Below are positions 38,240 through 53,198 of a DNA stretch of 64,000 nucleotides, in pieces. This stretch comes from Nitrospirales bacterium (GTDB lineage Bacteria; Nitrospirota; Nitrospiria; Nitrospirales; UBA8639): assembly GCA_965203295.1 (NCBI GenBank), contig CBDBCZ010000017.1:1792001-1856000 (forward strand), read 5' to 3'. The notes beneath the pieces are model-generated. The model did not search any database, was not told the origin of the DNA, and saw only the letters and a program-made list of their open reading frames with translations. A program made the translations under genes and the position numbers. Positions within the stretch are counted from its first letter, which is position 1, and every line of letters starts with the position of its first letter.

Positions 38240-39959
38240 GTTAGGAAACCTTAGTCTAGCTTGCTAGACACTCCCTCTCTCCCCCTCTGAAGAATAAAGG
38301 AAAAGAGAGGGATGGTCTATATAGCAGAACTTGCACGAAATCAGTACTGATTGAGAATCCTACTGGTTGTTGTAAGTCTATCTGCTTTAAGAGACACTGG
38401 GGTCCAGGGGTAGAGAGGACACTAAATTAAATAAAATCTCCAAGTCTTGTAAATTCCATTGGTTGAGGTGTCTGGAGTTACTCTCCAAATACGGTTTGTA
38501 GTCTGGAAAGTAGACCGTTGTGTGTGGACTCTAGACACACACCCACTATACAGCTGCCCTACATTCCTTAACTCATGCCCAAAGTCCTTCCGTCCTGATT
38601 TTTCTCCACAGCTACAGTATGAGGTGAAAGGCCTCGGTATGAGGTGCATCTGAATACTGTTCATTGAGGATTCCATAGTAGGTACAGCTTACAGGCTATG
38701 TGGAAGAACTCTACCATTAAATGCCTATGTACATATGAGTCTCTACTTGCTGACCAAAGCATATAATCATATTCATGTGCCTTAATTGCTAGTAATGAAA
38801 CTTACAAACCCACAAGTGCTTTGAGCAAGTGCTGACTATATAATGAGGCAGCTGCAGCCTGCACACCACTTAATTTCGGGAAATTGTTGTCAACCTTTTT
38901 CGCATATAATTTTTGGGAGGCCTATAATGGGCCTATATCACACTGTACATGTAGCATGTTTGTAGGAGAACATCCCAGCCTCATTTGCCTACCATCTTAC
39001 TCCAGGCTTTATGAGGTCAGCATCAGTTTTTTTCAGAGACTTTGAAAGAACAAAATGGGCTGTGTTGCCACACCACCGATACCAGTTAAGCACTGTAAAG
39101 TATGCTTTTGTCCTGAGACTGAACAGTCTCTCATATGAATGTATTTACATGTACAAGAACTCTAACCATTGAATACTGACCAAGGACAATAAAACAACAG
39201 CTAGGATCTAACAGTAGAATGCGCACCAAAGCTGCAGCCTTCCTGTAGGAGCAAGAACGGGCATAAATAATTAAGCACTCTTAGTTGTCTGTCACAGTGG
39301 CAGTATTCACCCATCTTAATGGAATACCCACCAGTCAGGGTTTCATTATCAAGGGGGGGCAAAAGTGGAATGTTGATGACTTTGGGGGGCGATGTACCAT
39401 GAGGTGTGCTTAGCACACATACTAGGGGGGTCTGGGGGCATGCCCCCCCCCCCCCCCCCCCAGGAACATTTTGACCCTTAAGCCAAGGTTTTTAAGGCAG
39501 TCTCCCCTCAAAGGTTGTAGAGCTACAAAACGTTCTGCAGGCCAGATACCGTAAACCTCTGCATACCTTCCGTATTCATTTCAATGGAATGCTATTAACT
39601 ATACGTGACATCATGCGTTTATTGACGTACACGTGATCGCTTCCAACCTCCTCTGGTTGCACAGATAAAACGTTAATGTTGGAGTGCAGCAAGCCAATCT
39701 CTTGGTAAAAGAAGTGATCAATTGCGATAGAGGGCAGTAGTCCACAGGCTGTGTTGTAGTATCTGACAGTGTTTAGCAATTTCTTGATTGGGGCAGCTAG
39801 CAGTCAAGTAGTGGGTTCCACTTTACACAACTTTTGTAAACTAGCCGTCACGATTTCAGAACACTTGTGTGGTTTCTCTAATCCATCCCAGAAACTACTG
39901 AAACCATGTTGCAGTATGCTTTGTGCTGCATAGAAATATAGCATATACCGAATGACTCG

Positions 39960-40420
39960 TCCCCTATTGACACGTCCTGCTTTCTAAGCTCTCGCTGGTC
40001 ACGTTTCCGCTTCACGTTCTTCACGTCGTCCACCCGCCACACTTTGCCAGTCACTTCAACTGTCTGGTTCAGTGCCACATCGCCTATGTCCGCAACCTTC
40101 ACTTCTCTTGTTGGTGCACTTGCCACTGATGCTTTCCCCAATCTCCATTGTGCATGGAGATGAAATCACCTGTGAGCGATTGTTCAAATAAACCTCAAGA
40201 CTGTAGCTCACAGAACTCTTCTTAACGTTGGTGTTACCACGGACCTCTCTTCTTCGGCCTTCTTCATTGCAGGCTGCAAAGCAGCATCAAAGGACACCAC
40301 CCATCGGACCTTCTTGCCATCTGTAAGTTTCGCGTCGAAATAGTGCACGCCCCTCTTGGTCTGGCTCTCTTTCACTGGAGAGACTTGCAGGGGAACGCCA
40401 TGGACGCACACATCCTTGCC
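39960..40420 (-). pseudogene. RPA70-like OB-fold ssDNA-binding gene fragment, probably Helitron-borne
   Basis: VHGVPLQVSPVK..YFDAKLTDGKK..VVSF and VADIGDVALNQTVEVTGKVWRVDDVKNV..ELRKQDVSIGDES, broken by frameshifts; an H1-type 3' end (GGCTCGCCCC..CACTAG) lies at 40969-41000. Confidence 0.55.
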
Positions 40421-40544
40421 CTCTTCACTCTAGCGCAGTGGGAAATTCGAGTGCTGCAACTGGAGAGACTTGCAGGGGAACGCCATGGACGCACACATCC
40501 TTGCCCTCTTCACTCTAGCGCAGTGGGAAATTCGAGTGCTGCAA
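40374..40544. repeat. Perfect two-copy 85-bp tandem duplication
   Basis: CTGGAGAGACTTGCAGGGG...GAGTGCTGCAA at 40375 and 40460. Confidence 0.9.
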
Positions 40545-41093
40545 CCTTTCACACTTCTGCCTTCACCACGTGGTAGAACCCAGGCAGTCTAGCACGCGCA
40601 GCCATATCACGCATGCACTGACACACGTGTGGCAGCATCTTACACATGCGTACATACACCCTCACTTCAAGCCAAAGGTGCAAATTCTTACCAGTTTCAC
40701 TGTAGATCTAGTCTGTTTCTTCTACCCTACCAACCAGCGGAGCAAAGGTTGAAATAGCCGAGCCAGAATTCGTGGACGCTGTGTCTTATGCTGAAAGTCT
40801 AACAGTGGCTCTACAAAAGGTGACACACCTTGAGGCCAAAGTTTCCCGTATGCAGAAGACCCTAGACATTAAAGAGAGAGAATGTAGAAGGCTGGACAGA
40901 CAAATAAAGGCCCTGAACAAACGCATCTGCTCGGAGAATCGGGAACTTAACGCACTAACACTCACTCAGGCTCGCCCCTCAATGTTGTTTCATTCACTAG
41001 TTTTATGATTAATCTCGTCAGCAGTATAAAATAGTATGGAAATTAAAGCATTGACCTTGGCTATTGCACTTTCCACACCTCCTCCCCTCTCAG

Positions 41094-41215
41094 GACCTAA
41101 AGCCAGGAGTGACTCATCGACTTTGGCCTGGCAAGACCATTGGCTGAGATCATGACTGGCTTCTACTGAAGGGCACCTGAGATCATGCTGAACTGGATAC
41201 ACAGTGATGAGAAAG
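41094..41215 (+). pseudogene. Degenerate p38 MAPK-like exon, copy 6 (DLKP and DFG retained)
   Basis: CAG|DLKPG, frameshift, [39 protein letters not shown]. Confidence 0.85.
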
Positions 41216-42553
41216 GTTAGGGAACCCTCCTCTGGAGTGAGGGTCACTAAAGGGATAATTAGCAGGGTTTCGTACTCAGTCTGGATTTATTCAGAGATTG
41301 TGAGGGTCACTAAAGGGATAATTAGCAGGGTTTTGGATTTTTTAGCTGTTTCGCATTGTGCAGCTGCTAACTACTGGAAGCACACCACAAAACTACAAAG
41401 TCAGCACTTTTGTTGTACTGCGTTTGGTTACTTATCTGTGGGGTGCCATAGTTCTACAGCTGCAGTTAGCTTGGCCTGACATGTTTTTGACATGTTTTTT
41501 TTAGCCTTCCTTTTTGGCATAGTGAGGATACTACTAAGGTCCCAGTGGATTGTTAAGTCTTGTAGTGCCTATTGGCATAGGTGTATACCAGCTCCACATT
41601 GCTACCGCTCAGTAAGCTCTGAACTCCAAGACCCTCTCACCTACAGGCTACATTAATAACTCTACCATACTTACTTTAGCCCTGATTAGGAAACTGGGAC
41701 AAACCCATACTCATTAGGATTGTAAGTTTGCTATATTAGCCACGAGCTGCAGCTGGAGGCCTGCCTGTGTGGTGAAGCACACAAGTGATAGCTACTGTAG
41801 CTGTTCGGCTAGCAACTTCTGGTGCTGTACTACACTAACAGGGCTGAATCAGCCGTCTGCGGTTGCAGTAGCAGGCTCTCCAGGTTTTCATGCGAGGTGC
41901 TGTACTTTAGATTCATACCAGGCTTGTTTAGTTCATCCATCTTAGTTGCTAATGGTGAGACTATTACCGCTACAAACCCACATGCGTTTGGAGCAAGTGC
42001 TGCCTATGTAAGGGAGGGAACTACAGGCCATTAGGTGCTTGTCAAGACCATTTGTGGGGGTCTGGGATAGACCTATAGTGCTGTGAAGATGAGAAAGGTA
42101 GTGGCAATCTGTTTACAGCACACTGCGTGAGTGGTTGAAAAGAGCACACAGTGCTGTATTCTTCATACATGGAACTTCTGTAGTTGCACAGTTTTCAAAT
42201 TCTAAACTTGCATGCCAATTGCCTCTTTAGTCTTGAAATTGCATAGTACGCAGGCGCAGTTTATAGATCACGACCTTTCATGACCTTCATGGGATGGCTG
42301 TGATAAACGGTTTAGTGAGGAATTAGTTTACGCAGCTAGAAGGCACTGTGTTCTCTGAAATGGCAGCCGTTGTTGATCAGCTTGTATGCAAACATCAATG
42401 GGTCAGACCCTGCCAGTTAAGCAACAGCAACAGTAGAAGAATGCTACACACTTTAGCAATCAATCTGAAGCTCCACCTTTCAATTGAGAGTGATCTAAGC
42501 AGTATACTTTTTGTAACACTCTTTTATATACAGCAAGAAGCGAGTGGCAGGAC

Positions 42554-42802
<249 letters not shown>

Positions 42803-43835
42803 GTGTATGAAATGTTTCATTGAATTGTATAAAACACAATGAGGGGAGGGTAAATAAGGATATATGTTAAACCAACCAATACCAACTTCTTAACTCCTAG
42901 CAGTGTGTGGTGTTCGTAACAACAACTATGAATATTCATGCACCTTATAATTCAGGCTTTAAAATTTTGAGCAGTGCTGCCTAGACTTGCTCCCATACAG
43001 GCTCTCATCGAGTTTTCATCATTTGAAGTACAAAAAGTGGAGTGAGAGCCTGGAAAATTTGATCATGTGAGACCGTGGTACCGTGACATCGAACCCCTGG
43101 AATGTCAGTAGTGACATAGTGGTTAGAAACAAACCATGGATATCGCCCCTTGCCATCAGTCTAATGGTTACGGTGGCCGTTTTGGCCTCTTTCTGATCCT
43201 TACAACTCTCGCAGGCTCATTCTCGTCATACTTTTCTTCTCCCTCTTGCTTTCGGCTCGAAGTCTCAAGACATGATTCTTAAAACACTAGCTAAGCTACA
43301 GGCTAGCGCTTACATGCTAAAATTGCTCCCACAGTAGCTTTCCGCCACTATCATCCATATGCTGACCCTTTGGTGCTTAAAAGTGTGTTATAGACAGAGA
43401 CAACCGTCTACTGAGAGCTTGTCATAGCTTCAACTGAGTGGGCAATGTGCATATTTATGCGGCTTCACAGTAGGTGTGGTTTTGTGCTTCCTTTAGCTCT
43501 CGCAACCGCCTGTACAACTGCAAAAGGGATGTGGAGGAGCAGCTGAGTCTGCAAAGCATAGCAAGAACACAGAGGCACAGAGACCGCTGAAGTGAAGATA
43601 TCTTTATAATCATAGGAGTTTATGCTGGTGGGGGGGGACTGTTTTGGAATAGCAAGCATCTTTCCAGGGGGGTCTCAGGCACGCCTCCCCCCTTCCCCAC
43701 CACACACACACACACACACAATGACAACTGCCTGAGAGCTGAGAATGAATCTGGTGTGTTTTGCCAGCTTTGCTGACTATCCACAAGTTTGTGTTAAATC
43801 ACAGCATGTTAACAGTGTGTTGTTATGTGACTGTA

Positions 43836-44704
43836 CGTGGCCGTAGCAAGCGGTCCGGCCGGTCCGGTTTTGGCCGGACCAGTTTTCGCAATAGTGTACA
43901 CGTTTTCGGGTTGCGCATGCGCAAAAGTATACGCCTACGTACGTAATGCGTACTGTATGCGATAGTTATTAGTACACGTACACGTACACGTGGCGCAGCT
44001 AGCTATATAGCATCTGCGACTGTAACAGGAAAAATAAGCGAGAGTTGGGGTGAAAACTCGGAGAGAAAAGTCTTCATTTTTCATTTTGATGTCGGACTAG
44101 AGTGTTAAACATTTGTGGTGCACAGAAGCCGTGAACAACGGTGGAGAAAGCAGAAGGTAAACGTAGCGTGTACAAGAGCGATAGAGTCAGCTATATAAAC
44201 GAGCTAACACTCCGGAATAACTTGCAGTAAAGTTCAAGTTGCTTGTAGAATAATAAGCGGGTTCATATGGGATGCCTGGGGCTGAATAGCCACTGAGTTC
44301 TCTGTCAGGAAATGCACAGTCTTCTGCACACGTAGCTACGGATCTGCAACAGCGCCGCTTATATTATAGCTACCTGACGACAACAATGGCACAAGAGCGG
44401 TAGAAAGGACTAGATTTGAAGTCTGTAATATTAATTGTTAGTGAATCAAAACACGGTTGTAGCATTCATTTTTGCTAGGTATTAAAAAGTGTTTACAATA
44501 GGAGGAAAGGGCATAGCTCGTTAGCACTGAGAAGGCCTCACAACGCACCTCAGAGCACCTAAAATCTAAAAAATTTCCGGGGGAGCATGCCCCGAGGCCC
44601 CCCTATAGGGGGTGGCCTAACGACCACCCTATGTGCAGAAATCGCAAATTTTAAGGTCTACGCTCCTTGGCCGAACCACTCCAAAAGTGCTTGCTACGGG
44701 CCTG
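43836..44704 (+). mobile_element. hAT-like MITE, fuller copy of 5828-6546
   Basis: Inverted termini GCCGTAGCAAG / CTTGCTACGGGCCTG; only a partial flanking duplication (CTGTA). Confidence 0.7.
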
Positions 44705-45308
44705 CTGTATACATTGCAACTGCCTCTATATATACCTCGTTTTAATGCAATTACAACATCTTAATGAATTTTGAGTATATGGGGGGGGGGGGGGGGGGGG
44801 CTTCCCCCCAAGTCTGCAAGGTGTCAAGAATAGAATGCACTAGCTGTGTCAATCTTGGTGGGGGGTACTCCTTTGGTGTTTGGGGAATAAAAGACAGCTG
44901 ATATTCATTGAAAGGGGCAGTGGTTTGTGATGCCATAGATAGTATGGTGATGCCACTACCGCAATTTCATCATCTATTACTGACTTGCACTTTGTTTGCT
45001 GGTATAGCTGCATACTTCTGTCATGAATTAATTAAGGCACTGCCTGGTAATAACCATGGGATTTCCCCTCATTATCACATGTTTAGCCTCAGGCCCTGCA
45101 GCCCTGCATGGGAAAATATGATGTTCACATGTCATTGAGTGGTATGAGAGTGTGTGTAGTCATTGACTTAAGTTTACAATTTGTTTGCTGACAGCTGCAT
45201 AGTTTCATCACATACGTACCAAGTGTAGTCTACTATACAAAGGCACACTCCTCCTTTAACAATTAAGACCTGTTTGTAGGTATCCTCAATCTTTGTGTGT
45301 GTGTGTGT

Positions 45309-45354
<46 letters not shown>

Positions 45355-48300
45355 GTGCATGTGTGTGTGTGTGTGTGTGTGTGTGCACACGCATGCACAC
45401 ATTCATGGATAAACTTTAATGAGGTATAAAATTGTTGAATTATAACATACAATAGCTATCCCTGTAGCACTTGCAGGTTAAGATGTACATGTACTTCATA
45501 CTTATAAGCATTATTTTAGTAAGCCTATTGTACATGTGCATTTACACTAACTATGACAGCTAAACTTGCCAGTGTAGAAAAGTGATAATTATTAGCAGCT
45601 CCCATTTTACACAGGAATGCCCAATCCCCCGACACTGTCACATGTACACACACACACAGCACAAACTGCCTCCCACTCCAGTTAGCAGTTCAGCATAGTC
45701 TCGTACCCAGACCCTCGAACCACTCTCACCAAAATAAGTTGGGGGAAAGCCTTTTTTTTTCACAGGCAGGTGGGGGGGGGGGGGGGGGGGGGGGGTTCTG
45801 GTCTAGGCATGAGACTAGGCACAGTATTAACTTCCAGCCTGCTAATAATTCGCTCCTTAAAATTTATTTTACATAGGTAATTACTTCCTAGGTCATCTGC
45901 AACTATTGCTTGGTTCTGGTGTTATGAATAGAGCATGTCATGAGATCATACTTCCTGTCTGCCCTGCAAATGCAGACCTGGGTACATGCAAAGCTAATCT
46001 CTACTGTGCTTTCCAGGAAGGAAATTCATCAGGATGATATATGGTAGCCATCCTCTGTCAGTGTCACTGAAGCCTAATCTTCCTCTCCTGCTGTAGCCTC
46101 GTCCTTGCAGGCGTGCTCTTGCTGGCCATGCACGAAATTTCATGAGTTAACCTTGGATTATAGATGACAATATTCGGTACGTGGACTATATGTGCGTACA
46201 CGCAGACACAACTCTCAATTGGCGTGGGACTCATGCACACCCACCCAATTACTAGCACACGACACAATACGATAAAGTACAGACACGTACACAAACAGGC
46301 AAATGCAAAGGGCGTGTTAGTGCCAGCCGGACACATACAACTTCATGTACACCCAGATGGTTAAAGAATACGTGTGTGCATACTATCTGTAGCTATGCTA
46401 CACTTGGAAAGGTTGATCAATTTCACTAGTACGTATAGGTATTATTTACCATACTTATAGCCTCGTTCCTAGGTGCTCAAACGTGGCCTGGGAACAAAGT
46501 TATTAATTTATTCTAAATGCTATGTATTGGTTGAGCATGAAACATGTCTGACTTTTTAGAGATTTCCAGTATTAGCAGGCTTCAACATTCTGCCATTAAC
46601 ATGTAGTTTTGGTTAGATAGTGTCGAAGGTTGAGTGATCCAGCTGACTCAGTTTGCAGACCAAGTCTCTGTCTCTCACACAGCAAGTGTATGTACATGTA
46701 CGTAGTCATTGCCTTTGCAGGGAACATACATGTACCAAGCCCACAGCAAAGCTTTCAGGAGACACGCAGTGGTTTTCTTTTTTATCATGACATGATTGAA
46801 GGCTAGTACGTGTCCCCCTGGCTGCTGGATAAAGACTGAAATGGGTGGAGCTAATGCTACCAGATCTGTTGAAGGTTACCTAATTATACCCTTCAATCGA
46901 CACCTGAACCGTGTAATTACCCCTCTTGGTAAAGAGTTAAATACACTCATGCATTGAATACTGAGGTTTACACTCACTATCGATTCTACAATTCCAGGTG
47001 CTACCACACACCTGTGCACCTGGCGCTACTACCATCTGGGACAGTTGAGCTGAATGGGCCTCAGATCAAAGACTAGTGGTGGCACTAGATCCAGAACTTC
47101 TAGGTTGTGACAGATAATATACTGTTTATCTATGGTTGTGATTTCTATTGACAAATTTATTATCAATTTGTGATACATTTCATTGTGGTGGTATGCAGCA
47201 GATACTCTACATGTAGAGTAACGGTAGCTATGTATACTGCTTTAGTCCTGAAGTACAACCTATTGAAGTTCACTAAATTTGCAGCAGAGTGACTCCATGC
47301 ACTCATCTCTGTATGCCAAGTTTTGCACATGCAGATTTCCTACCCCAATTAGTAGAACATCAGCGGCAATAGTGTAGCTGTTGTCAGCAATGGGGTCATC
47401 TTTGTGGCCTCCTTCCTCTTGTGAAGTCAAGGGTATCGTGTTGCAATACCGTGAATTGCCACCCACTTCATCAGACATTCTGACGTAATGTTCCCTTGAA
47501 CGCTGTCGTACTGCCGATGATGTGAATCCACTAGGGAGTTTGTCAGGCACAAACGCGGGAAACGCAGCGAGAACTGCTGCTTCCTGCCTCGAACATGAGT
47601 GGGTGGAGAAGTAGTATAATTTTCAGCTACTGTTACTGAAGATCCAGATCTGTATAAATGTAGGCGCGCATGCAGCCGCTGCAAGTTCATGAAGTTGATG
47701 TGTGACATGCGCAGAAGCTAACAATCAGAATAGGTACGTACATTATTTATGCGTCATGCATAGCGCATGTGCATGTGGGTAATATAAAGTGACTGGCCGG
47801 CGGCAGGCAGGAAAGGTTTTGCACCTGCAAATTTTCCTTTAGTTCAGCTGCTATACATGTACTATGCATGTATGTGAACGCGTGAGCTGAAGTTAAAACA
47901 GTACCACTAGCTGGCAGCGCTTACTTGGACTACATACAGCAAGTCTCAAGATGGTAAGCAAGTCAAGCCATATAAAGTATGTTTGGGGCAGGGGCTAACC
48001 ACTGACTGACCTTTGCCTCTGCCACGGCCACACGCACGTGGAGACCCGCAGCAGATACTAGGCGGCTGTATTGAGGTAAATTGGGTTACCTTTAGTTTCT
48101 CGAGATTTGTTTGTGTGGCCAAAGTTTCTCAGTTAAGAGGCTAATATAGTATCTATGGGCTCACCAGCAGCCTTTCCTGCAGGGCCTGGCTAGGGTGTTA
48201 TTAAATTACATAATTTGATGTACTATTGGCTGCTGCCTTGACGTGCACGTATGGTGAATGCGTTTCAGTTGAACCTCAGCCATTAGTATTATATTCATGG

Positions 48301-48561
48301 TGATGTAGTCCTTGCAAACTATTAAATTCAGGACTTGGGTGCACTGATCCCCAGGCGTGAACAACAACAGCTCTGGCCTGGCAGGAAGCATTTTTGTCCT
48401 TTCCCTAATTTTGGCCCTTAGTATCCTTGGCTGGGGTGCATGGATTGCTGTTGCAAGGGGTTGCTGAATATCATTGTTCTGTGACTGCCTGTTTCCTGTA
48501 TCACATGTGACTTCACTGGTTCCTTTGCATTGCTCCCATGCACACCCACAGAGTTGTCAAC

Positions 48562-48685
48562 ATGATGCTCACTCAGAGAATCAGCTTGCTGGCCGGTGAT
48601 CTGGCAAAGCAGTGCCACGTGTCGCCGGTTAAAGTTAGGGAGAAGACAGCTAGAGAGAGGATTGCCATGAATGACAAGCACAGAG
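48562..48685 (+). CDS. PIM: PIM-family Ser/Thr kinase, first coding exon
   Basis: MMLTQRISLLAGDL resembles PIM1 N-terminus MLLSKINSLAHL; phase-1 donor matches next exon. Confidence 0.7.
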
Positions 48686-48831
48686 GTTAGAGTGCAGACC
48701 TATTCTAGGCCGTAATTTCTTTATCACTGGCTCCATTTCAAGTTATTTGTACTCCAATGAAGATACAGACATAATAACGTAGCTGTGTGAATGTAGTACG
48801 TCTTTATAAGCAAACCCCCTGTTCTTTCCAG

Positions 48832-48950
48832 TCCCAGCCACCAGCCCACTCCAGAGGAGGCTATTGGACTACTATGAGCTGGGAGACGTGATTGGCACTG
48901 GAGGCTTTGGCTCCGTGTATGCTGGCACTTGTAGAGAAACTAGCGACCCT
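48832..48950 (+). CDS. PIM: PIM-family kinase, exon 2 (Gly-rich loop)
   Basis: YELGDVIGTGGFGSVYAG; CAG|..|GTGAGT. Confidence 0.93.
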
Positions 48951-48964
48951 GTGAGTTGAAGGTT

Positions 48965-48997
<33 letters not shown>

Positions 48998-49489
48998 CAC
49001 GTTGCAAAGTGTTTGACAGATGAATAGAAGGGGAGGGTAGTGAATGTTTGCACTTTGTATGTGAGAATCTTCTTGTCGTAGAGTGCTACACACGGCTTAC
49101 TTAACATCAGCAAACTTGTGCAAGAATAAGAGATGCAATAGACTTTAGTTCCATTTGAAATTGTGTGCTCCATAACTGGTTACCCTCTGTGTATGCTTAT
49201 GTAAGTGTGCTACATTTGTAGACAGCATACTACAGCTCATTGCTAACGCAGTAACTGCCTGTGAGCCCCATGTACAAACGTTTTGAACCCACAGGGACAT
49301 TGTGTGTTCCAATTTCAACCTATAGTGTAGATTGCTTCTTCCAAGTGCATTACTGAAACTTCAGTTCACCTGTAATTAAAGTTACATAATATGTACAATG
49401 GGGTGGTACACAGTCTTTGTGTACATGTATGTGTTGAAAGAGCCCTACTTGTTCATGTCATGTACCCTGTCTTGCCTCTTGTGCTCCAG

Positions 49490-49537
49490 GTGGCCATCAA
49501 GATTATCCCCAAGTCGAAAGTTTTTGGCTGGTCTAAG
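49490..49537 (+). CDS. PIM: PIM-family kinase, exon 3 (VAIK)
   Basis: VAIKIIPKSKVFGWSK; CAG|..|GTATG. Confidence 0.92.
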
Positions 49538-50789
49538 GTATGTTGCTGTGTCACTGTGAAGCAAGGGGATACTTTTGACTGGGTCTATAGACAAATGCCT
49601 TTTACCTTTAGTTTTGCTGCAATGGAGTCTGACTGATACCTTGGACACTAATGATAGTGCACTTACAGATGAAAGGGCACGTGAATGTAGTAGAGTTTAG
49701 CTGCCCTTACATGAAGTACACTTTGGCATGCTTTGCCTGCTTAGTTCAAAGAACTTTTCTCAGTGTACGCTGTACGCACCTCTATAATTGGAGGTCTCCT
49801 AACATTGTGTGTTAGCCATGGTATGTGGGCTCTCTGTTGGGACTTGCTTCTAGACCAGGGACATTTGATTTCACTTCACTAGTCTAAGAGTGATATCATT
49901 GTTCCCTTGGGAGTGCAAAGAGGTAGTGCTTGTGATTGTTGTGTTTCCATGACAATTTTAGTAAGCAACTGTGGAAAGTTGATGTTTGTGGTACATTTTG
50001 TGGTTATTTAATAAAGTTTGTGGCTAGCAGTACTGGTATAATGTAGTATTGTAGTAAGCATTATCTTGTAAACAGAGTTACATCATTTAGGCAACTAGTT
50101 AGGCTGATAATGAACTAAGTAACTGTAGTTGGGACTGTCCTCCATTCAAGCTAAATTCACTTCGGTTTCAGGGTACAGCAGATTACAGGTACATCAAAGC
50201 TCCCGTCACTGCAGTTCTGACTTTGTACACAATAGGGTTACTTATTGCAATAGGGTTATTTATAGCTCAGTGCATTGCAGTAGAGTTATTTATAGCCCAG
50301 CATCATGCAGTGAATAGTTTCCTATGCAATGAATAGTTTCCAGAATCCAGAATTCATTGTTTGTTTTCTAGGTTCCATGGTTTATTGCGTCATTGTTCTA
50401 ATTGCTACAGCATGGTCATGTTGACTGTTTATAGCAGAAAAGTGGTGTTATTCCCAACAGCCTTGAGATCACTGCCCATGCCAAGAGCTTTTGCTAGCCA
50501 TTTTGCCATTGCAGCAGTTTGCATAAACCTTTCAGCAGCCAAATCTGGTAACCAGATCTTCAGAAGAGGCACTTCAAAGCACTCACCCACACATTAGTGC
50601 AGAGTGGGCAGTGTGAGGTGTATGTTGCCAATCTTACTGAACTTTAATAATACCCTTTAAACTATTAACTTCCTGTTGTGCAGTCCCAGGTTCCTCCCAC
50701 TCACAAATATATTTTGAGCCTGGGTGGACTCAAACCAATAGTCTGCATGATTCCCTCTGCACTAGCATTCTTGCTCTTGTAGTCTAGCC

Positions 50790-51229
50790 CAGGAGGGGTA
50801 GGACAAGGTCACGTGTGCATACCAGCAACGTCATACCAGATGCATCGCTAACACTCTTGAAGAGCATTGTTTGTGTTTGAAGTCAACTTGGTAGTGGCTC
50901 AAAGCTGAAGAATAAATAGTCTCTGGGAGTAGCCTGGATCGGCTTCTGATGGTAAGGCACAGCATGGGCATGCGTTCTGAGCCTGGCATGTCATGCTCAC
51001 CGTTATATGTGCTGGAATGTGAGTCTTTATGTGACTCCTCTCCTGGACCCTTGGACTTGCTATTGGAGGCAAGTAACTTCGTGGATTGAACCCGCTGTTC
51101 TAGCGAGTTACAGCAGTTTCTTTGTAGCTAACTCCATGTTTTAGCCACATAACTCCGTACTTTTATTCGCACGCGACGATGGAATGGAATTATCCACATG
51201 TGCGCGTGAAGCTTGTCCTACCCCCCCTG
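50790..51229. mobile_element. MITE with 9-bp TSD (Mutator-like) in PIM intron 3
   Basis: TIR CAGG(A/G)GGGGTAGGACAAG; AGTCTAGCC at 50781-50789 and 51230-51238. Confidence 0.85.
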
Positions 51230-52685
51230 AGTCTAGCCTTTGAGTTCATGTAGATTTTAAACATGAAAGCACAAAAACATGCCTGTTTCCATATAATTTT
51301 CCATTAAGTGCCTACATGTACTTCCCCCCCCCCTCATTACATCATAATGGTAAAGGGTCTAGTGCTTCAGGTCAAAAACAATGTCATAGTTTGTAATGAA
51401 AATAGTTAAGTACTACAATGTATTTTCATTTAGTGCCTCCTTTTACCCCCATAATGGTAAAGGGTCTATTACCAGAAACGTAAACCAGATTGATGGCGTG
51501 TGGCTTGAGGCACGTTACTTGCATGTATGCATGTGCACACTCTCTTACAAATTTAGTGGCTAGTGATAATTTTTAGGATATTCATTAAAGTACAGTATCA
51601 AAGTGTGCGGGTATCTTTTCACGTGTGCACCAGTCTGAGTGCATCGTCACTATAGGTTTGCTACAGCTCTGAGGTTTGTAATACTCTATGAATTGTGGTA
51701 GACAGATAGTCACATCCAGTTAAGCATGCTTCATGTTTATGCTCGCCTTACATATATTTCTGTTTTATTATCCTTGCATATCTCGCGATTTAGAGGGTTA
51801 AGTGATTGATAAACCAGACTTTAATATTGAAATGTCTAAAAAAAAAATCGACGGTATGTACCTGATAGTTTCCAAAGCGGCTTCTATTTGCAGCTCTCTT
51901 CAACACGGTAAATTTCACCATTTTTAATAACTCAAATAAGATAGAGGGCAGGCATACGCGGTCTCAGGAGTAAATGTAGAGAAGCGTCTACGTGATTAAC
52001 ACGGCAATCAGTCACACCCACAGCTTGAATGGGTACATGAGCGCAGTATAGTTATGGCTGTGAAGAGCTATATAGGCTACAGCATCATTACTGTATAATA
52101 CACCTTATTCTGTATCCTGTAACCTACGACAAAGTGGTTCTGGCCCCTAAAGTGCTATGCACACACGTACTTTGTACATTCAACCATGCCTTGCTACAGT
52201 GAAACAAGTGTGTGAAGATAGAATTTCTCATAACATCTTGTAGTATGATTAAGGTGCCACCTTATGATTTCTTAGCTTTGATTTCGACTAATATGTATAA
52301 GTTTCACCATGCAGTGATATGCTACTGAAATGAGTGTTTCATACTGTACAAAGAATTCCTCAGTGTACAGTATTTTGTAGCTCTTCTGTGGTGCTAATGA
52401 TATTTATGCATGGTGCTAAGATGCTAATGGCTTGTGACAGAGGATTGATTGACTCTAACGTGTGAGAGCATTGCTCTACATCTGTCCAATACATGTTACT
52501 GGCTTTGGGTACTTGCCTAGTGTCTCCAAATCTGGTGTGTAGACATGTGTCTGGGCCACACAGAAACTGCATCTCTACTATTGTTTATAATGTAGTAAAC
52601 CCTGCATAGGCTGTGCTGACATGTACATGTGTACATGTATACATGTATATGTGTGTATAGCAAAAGAAAGATACATGTGTTGATA

Positions 52686-53198
52686 TGCTGTATAGCCAGA
52701 AAATTTTGTGGAAGTTACATTTGGCAAAATGTTCTCTAACCAGCTATAAATGAATATTGGCAGTATTTACTCAGAATCTGTGTTGAGCATACAGTTACTA
52801 CATGGACTCCGTTGTTGGGGGATTCAATACAGCAGTGAACGAAAGGGAATGGTAACATTGAAAATCCATATGCAGTAACTGTCACACAAAGGAACACTGT
52901 TGTTGGCCCATGTCTGAAAATATTATTGACTGCGTCTCACTATTCCTCCAAGACTGTTTGTGGAACTAGATGTTTTTTTTTTACAGCAGACTTGCCTCGA
53001 GAGGGGCTGGAAGTGCCTTGTATGAACAATTTCTCTCTTGAAAATACCTGTGTAAACTCCTTTGTGGTTCGTTCGACACATTCGATATGTGTAACTTATC
53101 AAACTATTGGCGGAAGTTATTTTACTGGATTTAAATTTGGTGCCACCATTGCCAATCACCAAACAAAATTCTCCACCAAATTCTCCAGCTATACAGCA
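52686..53198. mobile_element. Degenerate Tc1/mariner-pogo-like MITE in PIM intron 3
   Basis: TGCTGTATAGCCAGAAAATTT ... AAATTCTCCAGCTATACAGCA. Confidence 0.55.

Noticed and set aside
47951..47953. ATG followed by GTAAGC as PIM start exon
   Set aside because: Phase 0 does not join in frame to the kinase exons; more likely the end of a 5' UTR exon
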